From assembly GCA_964534375.1 (NCBI GenBank), contig CAZHPN010000129.1, positions 1-18,568 of the forward strand: a stretch of DNA of 18,568 bases, in the 5' to 3' direction. The position numbers and the translations under genes are program-made. The notes beneath the pieces are model-generated. The model worked only from the letters and a program-made list of their open reading frames with translations. It ran no database searches and was not told the origin of the DNA. This document shows, in pieces, positions 9,300 through 18,568 of the stretch (position 1 is the first letter of the stretch; the number at the start of each line of letters is the position of its first letter). The DNA comes from an uncultured bacterium (GTDB lineage Bacteria; Lernaellota; Lernaellaia; Lernaellales; Lernaellaceae).

Positions 9300-10262
9300 T
9301 TACGGCTTGGCTTTGGCGCCCGGCTTTTTGACTTTGTCGAGAACGGTCAGTTGCACCGGCGGCACCACCACGTTGCGGAAGGTCACGCCCTCCGGAACCT
9401 TGAGCGCCGGAACCAGTTCGTAACTCTTGCCCGGTTCGAGTTCGGCGCCGTCGATTTGCAGGCGAAGATCGCCCGGCGTCAATTGCTGCAATTGATCTTT
9501 GGCGCCTTCCACTTGCACGTCGAGTTCGGTGCGGCGCAGGCGGACGTCATACGTCGTGTTGCGCACCTCGACCGGCACGCCGTAGAAGGTCTTCTTGATC
9601 TTGGGTTCGCCGAGTTGCACCGTGACTTTGATGCGCTGTTCGCGCACGGTTTCGACGTGCCGATCCAGCAGGTCGAGGCCGACCTCGACGGTGAACGTCT
9701 CGCGGCGTTCCGTGAGGTCGATGATCTCGGTCTGGACCTCGGTCAGCGGATCGAGTTCGTCCTTCGGGCCCGACACCTCGACGAGTTCGGGCTCGACCGC
9801 AACGCGCTGCACCTCGAGGCCGCGGGGCAAGTCGCCGCGCAAGACGGCTTTGACGCGGACGGTCTTGTTCTTGCGTTCGGCCAGCTTGATCTGAAGCTGG
9901 CTCGGAATGATTTCCGTGACGCGCACGCCCTTGGGCAACCCCTCGATGCGGGGCGGATAAATGCGCGCGGTCATCACGCCCGCCGCGGCGCCGTTCAGAT
10001 CGATCAGATACGCGAGCGGCCGATCGCGCAGCACGCGCAGCACGTTGCGCGGACCGCGAATCTTGATTTCCACGTCGTTGGGCAGATCGGAAACGCGCAC
10101 GAGCCGCTTGGGCTGGTTCGTGGTTTCGAGAGCGACCTTCGCCGGAATCTCGGCCTCCGACTGCCCGACGCTGACGTAGCCCCACAGCACGACCGCGAAG
10201 CCCAGGCTCAGCAGCTTGAGCAGCAGGTTTTGCCGAAAGAAGTTGAAGAACCTTTCCTTCAT
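9300..10262 (-). CDS. cdaR: CdaR/YbbR-family regulator of diadenylate cyclase
   Basis: 320 aa. N-terminal N...KLLSLGFAVVLWGYV membrane anchor followed by YbbR-like repeats (VEIKIRGP, VEPELVEVSGP, DVQVEG). Lies directly downstream of cdaA. Confidence 0.85.
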   Translation of the reverse strand: MKERFFNFFRQNLLLKLLSLGFAVVLWGYVSVGQSEAEIPAKVALETTNQPKRLVRVSDLPNDVEIKIRGPRNVLRVLRDRPLAYLIDLNGAAAGVMTARIYPPRIEGLPKGVRVTEIIPSQLQIKLAERKNKTVRVKAVLRGDLPRGLEVQRVAVEPELVEVSGPKDELDPLTEVQTEIIDLTERRETFTVEVGLDLLDRHVETVREQRIKVTVQLGEPKIKKTFYGVPVEVRNTTYDVRLRRTELDVQVEGAKDQLQQLTPGDLRLQIDGAELEPGKSYELVPALKVPEGVTFRNVVVPPVQLTVLDKVKKPGAKAKP

Positions 10263-10265
10263 CGC

Positions 10266-11033
10266 TTACCCAACATGCTTGTGCAGCACGTCCAGCAGTT
10301 CGTCGCTCGACAAATGGCCGCTCAGCCGGCCTTCCGACGCGACCGTGACCTGCGCGCGCTCTTCGGAAACGATCAGCACCAACGCGTCGCTCTCCTGCGA
10401 AAGGCCCAGGCCGGCGCGATGGCGCGTGCCGAGGTCGCGGTCGAGATCGACCTCGGTGGCCAGCGGAAAAAAGCAGCCGGCGGCGACCATCCGGCCGTTG
10501 CGAATGATCACCGCGCCGTCGTGGATCGGCGACGACGGCAAGAAAACGCTCACCAGCAACTCACGGCTGACCGCCGCGTCGAGTTTGACGCCTTCCTCGA
10601 TGTACTCGTTCAATCCGGTCTCTTTTTCGAGCACGATCAAGGCGCCGATGCGGCGATTCGTCAGCGCCGTCGTCGAGCGCACGAGTTCTTCGAGATAATC
10701 GCCGCCCTCGATCGAGGAACTCGCGAACGGGTTGCGGGCGAACCGCGCGAGCCCGCGCCGAATCTCCGGCTGGAACAGGACGACGATCACCAGGATCAAA
10801 CTGCCGAGGAACGTGGAGAGCAACCAGTTGAGCGTGTACAGCCCGAGCAACTGGCTGGCCGTGTAGACGAGAAAGATCACGCCCAGGCCGACGAGAATCT
10901 GCAACGCCCGCGTGCCGCGAATCAGCACGAGAATGCGGTAAATGATCACCGTCACCAGAAAAATATCGAGCAGGTCGACGAGGGTGATCGAGCTGAACGT
11001 GAACCGCAACGATTCGAAAAAATCGAGATTCAT
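10266..11033 (-). CDS. cdaA: Membrane diadenylate cyclase CdaA (c-di-AMP synthase)
   Basis: Three N-terminal hydrophobic segments, FQPEIRRGL, the DAC catalytic motifs IHDGAV and GTRHRA, and VSEE. The ATG overlaps the folP TGA (TGATG). Confidence 0.95.
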   Translation of the reverse strand: MNLDFFESLRFTFSSITLVDLLDIFLVTVIIYRILVLIRGTRALQILVGLGVIFLVYTASQLLGLYTLNWLLSTFLGSLILVIVVLFQPEIRRGLARFARNPFASSSIEGGDYLEELVRSTTALTNRRIGALIVLEKETGLNEYIEEGVKLDAAVSRELLVSVFLPSSPIHDGAVIIRNGRMVAAGCFFPLATEVDLDRDLGTRHRAGLGLSQESDALVLIVSEERAQVTVASEGRLSGHLSSDELLDVLHKHVG

Positions 11034-11862
11034 CAAACAGCCTTGCGCGTCGCATCGGCGATCGCCGCCGCCTGCGCCGCCGGACCGACATCGTGGACCC
11101 GCACCAGCCGGGCGCCCGCCGCGACCGCCAGCGACACGGCCGCCAACGTGCCCGGCAGGCGTTCGCCGACGGCGGCGCCGGTCAGCGCGCCGATAAACCG
11201 CTTGCGGCTCGGGCCGACCAGCACCGGAAACCCGAGCGCCGCGACGCGTTCGAGGTTCTTCAAAATCGACAGGTTGTGCGCCGGCGTCTTGCCGAAGCCG
11301 AGGCCCGGGTCGATCGCCAGGCGTTCGCGGCGCACGCCCGCCGCCAGCGCCCGCCGCGTGCGCTCGACGAGAAACGCGCAGATCTCGCCGAGCAGATCGT
11401 CGTAGCGCGGGTCGTTTTGCATCGTCCGGGGCTCGCCCCGCATGTGCATGACGACCAGGCCCGCGTCCGTTGCCGCGGCCAGCGGCGCCATGCCGGCGTC
11501 GCCGAGGCCGGAAATGTCATTGATGATATTCGCCCCGGCGGCGAGCGCCGCACGCGCGACCGCCGCGCGGCGCGTGTCGATGCTCAGCGGCGCCGCCGCC
11601 GCGCGCCGCAGCCCCGCGACAACGGGCGCGACGCGGTCGATTTCCTCGGCGGCGCTCACCGGCTCGGCCCCGGGCCGGGTCGATTCGCCGCCGATGTCGA
11701 GCAGGTCGGCGCCCTCGGCGAGCATCGCCAGGCCGCGTTCGACGGCGGCCTCGGGCGCAAGAAACCGGCCGCCGTCGGAAAAGGAATCCGGCGTGACGTT
11801 CAAGATGCCCATCACGACGACCTTGCGGCTCAGGTCGAAGGAGAAACCGGCCCCGGACCAGA

Positions 11863-11866
<4 letters not shown>
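11033..11866 (-). CDS. folP: Dihydropteroate synthase
   Basis: C-terminal part of the 677-aa ORF. Likely TTG start at 11866 overlapping the ftsH stop, with GGAG upstream. Motifs [46 protein letters not shown] and RVHDV. Confidence 0.95.
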
Positions 11867-13815
<1,949 letters not shown>

Positions 13816-13870
13816 GAAGCGCTCCTTCGTTGCAGTTATCCTCTGGACTCTTGGAACCAGAGTTAACTTA

Positions 13871-15202
13871 CTATAACCATTCCAGCCGCACCACCCAGGA
13901 CTCCTCCGAGCGCGCGGGAGTTAAATCCTCCGCCGCCCGCAGCCCGGGAACCAGCAAAACCGCGTCGTTCCTGGCCAGGACGGGCCACGCGCCCCGCAAT
14001 TCGCGCGGAATTTTCGCGTTGACGAACAGGTCGCTGCACTTGACGCGACCGGTCATGCCGCGGGGGCGAATCCGCGCTCCCGGCCACGGCGGACGCCAGT
14101 CGGCCCCGGCGAGCGCTCGCGGCGAGACCCGGAAGCCGCTCTCGCCTTGCGCCGTCGTGGCCGGGCCGACGATCAGGCGGATTCTCCCGCCGGCGAAAAC
14201 GCGATCGACCGGCGCCTCGGCGGAAAACGGCGTCCACGGGGTTTCGACAATCGCCGCCCTCGCCCAGTTCAATGTCGTGTAGTCGCGGGTCACCGAAAGG
14301 CCGCCGGGAATCGCCAGCGGCCCGGCGGGTCCGGGCCCGAGGCACACGTTTTCCAGGTCGGCGATCACTTTTTTCGGCGGGATGACGCCGTTTTGCCGCA
14401 GCCACAGGCGCAAGACGAGATTGCGGCGCGCCGGCGACAGCGCCTGCAAAGCGCCGACGGCCAAGCCGTCGCCGGCGACGCACGTTTCGAAATCCGCGGC
14501 CGCCCATTCGTCGAGCGCCTCGCGTTCCAGCGCGGCCAACTCCGCCAGCCGGCCCAGAGCCGCCGCCGTCTTCTTGCCGCCGACGCTTTCGAGCAACGGC
14601 AACACCTCGGCCCGCAGGCGCGACCGCAGATAGCGGCGATTCTGGTTCGTCGGGTCCTCGAGCCACTCGATGTCGCGCCGGCGCAGGTACTCGCGCAGCG
14701 TCGCGCGCCGCACGCCGAGCCACGGCCGGCCGAAACCGCCGGCGCGCTCGCGAATGCCGGCGAGGCCGAGCGGGCCGCTGCCGCGCAAGATCCGTTGCAG
14801 CACGGTTTCCGCTTGGTCGTCCAGCGTGTGCGCGGTCAAGACGATTTCCAGGCCCGCCGCCTCCGCCAGCCGCGCCAGTTCGCGGTATCGCGCCTGCCGC
14901 GCCGCCTCGTGGAGATTCCCCGCAAACTCGCGCGGATCCAAAACCGCAGACGCGAATTCCGCGCCCCACTCGGCGGCGCGCCGCCGGCAGAAATCTTCCT
15001 CCGCGTCGACTTCCGGCCGCAGGCGATGATTGATGTGCAGCGCGTGCACGGTCAAACCGCGTTTGGCCGCGAGCGCCACCGCAGCGTGCAGGAGCGCGAG
15101 GCTGTCGCCGCCGCCGGACAGCGCGATGCCGAGCCGCTGGGGCGAACCAAACCGGCGCCACGCGGCAGCGAGGGAACGGATCGGCGTCTCGGGGGAAGTC
15201 AC
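13871..15202 (-). CDS. tilS: tRNA(Ile)-lysidine synthetase
   Basis: PP-loop [36 protein letters not shown] and EDPTN, plus a C-terminal TilS domain. The start is uncertain; GTG at 15202 was chosen to avoid overlap with the upstream OMP gene. Confidence 0.92.
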   Translation of the reverse strand: MTSPETPIRSLAAAWRRFGSPQRLGIALSGGGDSLALLHAAVALAAKRGLTVHALHINHRLRPEVDAEEDFCRRRAAEWGAEFASAVLDPREFAGNLHEAARQARYRELARLAEAAGLEIVLTAHTLDDQAETVLQRILRGSGPLGLAGIRERAGGFGRPWLGVRRATLREYLRRRDIEWLEDPTNQNRRYLRSRLRAEVLPLLESVGGKKTAAALGRLAELAALEREALDEWAAADFETCVAGDGLAVGALQALSPARRNLVLRLWLRQNGVIPPKKVIADLENVCLGPGPAGPLAIPGGLSVTRDYTTLNWARAAIVETPWTPFSAEAPVDRVFAGGRIRLIVGPATTAQGESGFRVSPRALAGADWRPPWPGARIRPRGMTGRVKCSDLFVNAKIPRELRGAWPVLARNDAVLLVPGLRAAEDLTPARSEESWVVRLEWL

Positions 15203-15261
15203 CGCTGCATCGTGGGAAGAGGGCGCTTGGCTGGGGAAAATCGATTGCGCATCGGTCGGAC

Positions 15262-15948
15262 TCACAAGTAGATTTGCACGCCGATCACGCCGAACCAGAG
15301 GCCGAGGTTCTTCTTTTCGACGAACGGTTCGCGGCTCTGCGCAAAACTCCAGCGCGCCTCGAATTTTAGGGCGACGTATTGATCGAAGAGATAATCGAAG
15401 CCGGCCAGCGCCAGAAAGTGCCACAGCCACTCGTCATACCCGACTTGCTGCCCCTCGCCGCTGCGGTTGATCCCATAACGGGTCATGGAGTTGATCATCG
15501 CGCCGGCGCCGCCGCCGACGTAAGGGTTGAAGGCCCAGTAGCGCCCGATTTCCACGCGCGGAATCACGTCGCCCGTGCCGGCGCGGATGTAGCTGCGGCC
15601 GTCTTTGACGATTTTGAACGCCTTGCCGTCGTACTCCTCTTGCTTCGGCCGGCCGACCGCATACAAAAACCCGAGATCGACCGCGAGGGAAAACGGCTTC
15701 CAGAGGTAGTATTTCCCTTCGGCGTCGATGTCGAAAACGAACGGAAATTCCTGGCGCAGGTCTTTGTCGGTGTTGACGCCGGCGCCGGGCGTCACGCCGA
15801 ACGAGAAGCCGCAACGCGCCGGGGTCTGGGCGCACGCGATGGCGGGAAAGAGAAGCGCGAGAAGGAAAAAGGAAAAAGGAAAAAGGAAAAAGGAAGCAGC
15901 CCTCAAGGTGCGGGACGCGGTCGTTAAACTGGCGCGCGATTTGTCCAT
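15262..15948 (-). CDS. Small outer-membrane beta-barrel protein (about 8 strands, OmpA/OmpW/Opa-like fold), function unknown
   Basis: Signal peptide ending in AIACAQ. Amphipathic strands (FNPYVGGGAG, LAGFDYLF, VALKFEARW, C-terminal GVIGVQIYL). Start is ATG 15948 or TTG 15906. Confidence 0.7.
   Translation of the reverse strand: MDKSRASLTTASRTLRAASFFLFPFSFFLLALLFPAIACAQTPARCGFSFGVTPGAGVNTDKDLRQEFPFVFDIDAEGKYYLWKPFSLAVDLGFLYAVGRPKQEEYDGKAFKIVKDGRSYIRAGTGDVIPRVEIGRYWAFNPYVGGGAGAMINSMTRYGINRSGEGQQVGYDEWLWHFLALAGFDYLFDQYVALKFEARWSFAQSREPFVEKKNLGLWFGVIGVQIYL
15862..15895. repeat. Perfect heptanucleotide tandem repeat (AAGGAAA)x4 + AAGGAA inside the OMP signal-peptide codons
   Basis: Read directly: aaggaaa aaggaaa aaggaaa aaggaaa aaggaa. 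The coding-strand unit is TTCCTTT, encoding SFFLFPFSFFL. Confidence 0.95.
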
Positions 15949-15974
15949 CGATCCGTTATGCAAAAGGTTGGTTC

Positions 15975-16002
15975 ACTATATCGAATTGGCGCGACGATGC
16001 AA
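15975..16002 (-). promoter_or_regulatory. Putative sigma70-type promoter for the OMP(-tilS-ftsH) transcript
   Basis: The minus strand reads TTGCAT-N16-TATAGT, with the -10 box ending 26 nt before ATG 15948, in an AT-richer gap. Confidence 0.55.
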
Positions 16003-16067
16003 TGGTTTGCGCGCACGCTCGGGTGAATTCGAGCGAAGCCAAAAATTCTTCAAGGAAATCACCCTGC

Positions 16068-16103
16068 TTGATCCCGTTGATCCCGTTGATCCCGTTGATC
16101 CTG
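16068..16103. repeat. Intergenic 9-bp tandem repeat (TTGATCCCG)x3 + TTGATCCTG containing four GATC sites
   Basis: Read directly: ttgatcccg ttgatcccg ttgatcccg ttgatcctg, followed by tcaaaa. Confidence 0.95.
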
Positions 16104-16133
16104 TCAAAATAATTCAAACGCCTGCAACATGCT

Positions 16134-16823
16134 CTACACGTCGATTCGCACGGGCGTGAACTCGACCGCATCCGCCGCGCAGAGCACGTAGCGCACGCCG
16201 TTGCGCTCGCCCCGGATGCCCAGCGCGTGGTCTTTTTCGCCGTGCAGGTGGCCGTAGACGCAGATTTTCACGGCGAAGCGCTCGAGAATGTCGGTGAAAC
16301 CCGGGTCGCCGCCGCAGGCCAGCGCCGGCGGGAAATGCAGCATGGCGATTTTCGGCAGCGCTGCGGGCGCGGCGGCCAGGCTCAGTTCCAGCCGTGCGCG
16401 TTCGCGTTGAAAGATGCGGGGGTCGTCGCCGCCGGGCAGGCAGCCGCCGGGGAGGTTCCAACCGCGCGTGCCGCAAATGGCGACGCCCTCCTCCGCCACG
16501 AAATCGTTGTGGATCGCGTTCATGCCCGCCCGCAGCGCGGCGCGCACCTTCGCGAGCGATTGCCACCAATAGTCGTGATTGCCGCGCATCAGGATTTTGC
16601 GGCCCGGCAGCGCCGCGATGAACTCGAGGTCGACGGCGGCCTGCGCCGGCTTCATCGCCCACGAGATGTCGCCCGGCACGAGCACGATGTCGTCGTCGCC
16701 GACCGTTCGCCGCCAATTGAGCGCGATCCGGTCCGCGTGGCCGGCCCATTGCGGGCCGAAGACGTCCATCGGCTTGTCGACGCCGAACCCGAGGTGCAAA
16801 TCCGCCAGCGCAAAAAAGGCCAC
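16134..16823 (-). CDS. Calcineurin-like metallophosphoesterase (DR1119-like uncharacterised family)
   Basis: 229 aa with all five MPP motifs: DLHL, GDISWA, GNHD, MLHFPP and YGHLH. Also KPMDVFG..W..H. GTG start with GGAGG upstream. Confidence 0.9.
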   Translation of the reverse strand: MAFFALADLHLGFGVDKPMDVFGPQWAGHADRIALNWRRTVGDDDIVLVPGDISWAMKPAQAAVDLEFIAALPGRKILMRGNHDYWWQSLAKVRAALRAGMNAIHNDFVAEEGVAICGTRGWNLPGGCLPGGDDPRIFQRERARLELSLAAAPAALPKIAMLHFPPALACGGDPGFTDILERFAVKICVYGHLHGEKDHALGIRGERNGVRYVLCAADAVEFTPVRIDV

Positions 16824-17235
16824 GCCGCCTCCGTTTCGCCGACCTTACGGAATTTCACCCGGCTTTCGCAAGCCGGCGCCGCGGCGCCTAAATCCGCGGC
16901 TGGGAGAAGCGGCTTTTCTTGACAGTTGTGCATGAACCAGCCGTTCACCCCGACAGATGAAAATGCCCTCACCCCCGACGCCGACCCCGCCGAGCGGAGA
17001 AGGGCGATTCGCTTTGCCTGCTCTCGGACGCAGCAGCGGTGCAACCGGCCAGGAGCCCGTCAGGCACGATCTGTTTCTTGAGCAGCAATAAATAAAAGGT
17101 CCGCGAGCGCCAGGATAGGCGCCGCCAGGAACGGGTCTTTCACCGTAAACCGCCATTCCGCGCCGCCGCCAACCAGGCCGTCAACAATACGCGCCAATTA
17201 CGCAATATTCATTCCCGCGACCAGCGGCGCCGCCG

Positions 17236-18375
17236 TTACGCCGGCGGCCCGTAGTGGTAGATGACCCCCCCGTTGGCACTGTTTTCGATGCCGACGGCAA
17301 AAACGTCGCCAGACCCGGCGCCCCAAATGTCGTAAAGCGGTAGAAATGGGCCGCCGCCCATTTCGCGCCAAGACGAACCGTCGTAATGAACGACCACACC
17401 GGTTGAAATCGAGGCTCCGACTGCATAGATATCATTATGCGCCGCGCCCCACATCCGATTCAGGCCGGGTACATCGCCCATATCCGATTCGGTCCAAGAC
17501 GCCCCGTCGTAGTGGAAAATAACGGCCGTTCCTTCGACTATGTTTCCGGCCGCGGCGAAAACGTCGCTCGGGGAAGGTCCCCAAAAGCCCCCAATAATCG
17601 CCGCGCCCCCCTGTGAAAGCATTGGCCGCCAGTGCGAGCCGTCGAAATGCAAAATGGATGCGTCCGTGCCGCTGGTTACGACGAAAACATCCGAAGCCGA
17701 CGTCCCCCATACCGCCCCGAACATAACCTCTGTGATAAACTCCGGCGACCACCCGCTTCCGCCGTAACGGAGCAAGAAATCAAGGTGATAGGATTGCGGC
17801 CCCAAAATGGCGCCTGTCGCGTACACGTCGGATGGCGAAGCCCCCCATATTCCAGCAATCTCTATGCCCTGACTGAACATTTCCGACCATGACGAACCGT
17901 TGTAATGCCAGACCCCGCCGTCCTGTCCGCCCAAGCCAACATACACGTCGGAGGTCGAAGCGCCCCAAATCGCGTAGATTTTTTGTTCGGGCATCTCCAC
18001 ATTCATTCTCTCCCAAGCAACTCCGTCGTAATGAACCACCGCGCCACTTTCAGAATAGAAGTCATATCCGGCCGCGAACACGTCGTCGTGCGACGTTCCC
18101 CACACGGCGTACAGCGAGGGGAGGTTCCCTGTCATCGCGGTCCACACAAAATCGTCATCGTCGTCGTTGTCATTATCATCATCGTCGTCGTCATCAGCAA
18201 GGGGCGACAAGTCATCATTGTCATCATCGTCGTCCGGCGACAAGTCGTTGTCGTCATCGCCGGAGTCATCGTCCGTCGCGTTGGCGCCGCCGCGGTGATG
18301 CGGCGCGCAAGCGGCTGCGCAGGCAAGCAAAAGCACCGTCATCGAAAACAAAAACAACCATTTGCTGAGTTTCAC
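17236..18375 (-). CDS. Putative lipoprotein: Asp-rich linker plus a seven-repeat beta-propeller-like domain
   Basis: GTG at 18375 with GGAGG upstream. Signal MKLSKWLFLFSMTVLLLAC/AAAC, a 41-aa linker with 27 Asp, then seven repeats of (V/I)WG.S..DV(F/Y)A.G...(H)YDG..W. Confidence 0.8.
   Translation of the reverse strand: MKLSKWLFLFSMTVLLLACAAACAPHHRGGANATDDDSGDDDNDLSPDDDDDNDDLSPLADDDDDDDNDNDDDDDFVWTAMTGNLPSLYAVWGTSHDDVFAAGYDFYSESGAVVHYDGVAWERMNVEMPEQKIYAIWGASTSDVYVGLGGQDGGVWHYNGSSWSEMFSQGIEIAGIWGASPSDVYATGAILGPQSYHLDFLLRYGGSGWSPEFITEVMFGAVWGTSASDVFVVTSGTDASILHFDGSHWRPMLSQGGAAIIGGFWGPSPSDVFAAAGNIVEGTAVIFHYDGASWTESDMGDVPGLNRMWGAAHNDIYAVGASISTGVVVHYDGSSWREMGGGPFLPLYDIWGAGSGDVFAVGIENSANGGVIYHYGPPA
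18151..18273 (-). repeat. Low-complexity Asp-rich coding tract with a duplicated DDDND(D)LSP unit
   Basis: Encodes DDDSGDDDNDLSPDDDDDNDDLSPLADDDDDDDNDNDDDDD using mixed GAT/GAC codons. Confidence 0.9.
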
Positions 18376-18455
18376 CGCGTCGCCTCCGCTTTTAAACCCC
18401 GCATGCGGCCGCCGGCCGCACAAATCGGCTTTTTTCAATCCTGCCCGCGCCGCGG

Positions 18456-18568
18456 TTATTCCGGCGGCCCGTAGTGGTAAATCGCCCCTGAATAGTCCGA
18501 GTTGGTGCCGACAACGAAGACGTCCCCCGGCCCGGAACCCCAGACGTTTCCGAGGAACGGAAACGGCC
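18456..18568 (-). CDS. 3' end of a tandem paralog of the beta-propeller-like lipoprotein (truncated by the window edge)
   Basis: Not in the ORF track. Manual translation PFPFLGNVWGSGPGDVFVVGTNSDYSGAIYHYGPPE* aligns with the neighbour's C-terminus PFLPLYDIWGAGSGDVFAVGIENSANGGVIYHYGPPA*. Confidence 0.85.
   Translation of the reverse strand, partial: PFPFLGNVWGSGPGDVFVVGTNSDYSGAIYHYGPPE

Noticed and set aside
15862..16103. Short repeats as a CRISPR array
   Set aside because: The units are 7 and 9 bp, head-to-tail with no spacers, and there are no cas genes.
15956..16171. Small ORFs reading through the 9-bp repeat (INGINGING on minus, DPVDPVDPV on plus)
   Set aside because: The peptide periodicity is a by-product of the DNA repeat. 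The ORFs overlap neighbouring genes and the predicted promoter and lack a convincing start.
16933..16947. TGAAC-N5-GTTCA palindrome as a LexA box
   Set aside because: The Gram-positive-type SOS box has a 4-nt spacer (GAAC-N4-GTTC). A 5-bp-arm palindrome can arise by chance.
17036..17066. Cobalamin or c-di-AMP (ydaO) riboswitch, suggested by GGTGCAA..GCCAGGAG and CCCGTCAG fragments
   Set aside because: The other conserved blocks and the spacing are missing, and the motifs are on the + strand with no + strand gene downstream.
16932..17092. Small + strand ORFs in the intergenic gap (49 aa MNQPFTP... and 44 aa MKMPSPP...)
   Set aside because: No SD, no recognisable motif, and no coding signal I can support.
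18404..18420. TGCGGCC-GCC-GGCCGCA hairpin between the paralogs as a terminator
   Set aside because: No U-tract follows it on the transcribed minus strand, and short GC palindromes are common in this DNA.

Overview
High-GC bacterial chromosomal window in which every credible gene is on the minus strand. In transcription order (right to left): the 3' end of a beta-propeller-like gene and an intact tandem paralog (lipoprotein with an Asp-rich linker, lower GC); a 412-bp gap with three GCCAGGA motifs in predicted hairpin loops; a calcineurin-like metallophosphoesterase; a 9-bp GATC-containing tandem repeat and a sigma70-like promoter; a small outer-membrane beta-barrel gene with a 7-bp tandem repeat in its signal-peptide codons; the housekeeping run tilS-ftsH-folP-cdaA(dacA)-cdaR(ybbR)-pdxJ-nnr-tsaE-lysC; a hairpin-rich spacer; and a surface-polysaccharide operon (flippase, non-catalytic FGE-sulfatase-fold protein, three GT4-type glycosyltransferases, the last truncated by the window edge). 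The gene order and the outer-membrane protein suggest a deltaproteobacteria-like diderm (inference). Most of the window is ordinary housekeeping DNA. The best leads are the Opa-like repeat in the OMP signal peptide (possible phase variation), the nearby 4x GATC repeat, the FGE-fold gene coupled into the glycan operon, the tandem propeller paralogs, a possible GGA-loop sRNA, an internal aspartokinase beta-subunit start, and the absence of glmM, acpS and hpt from their usual positions. No mobile element, CRISPR array, tRNA or rRNA was found.
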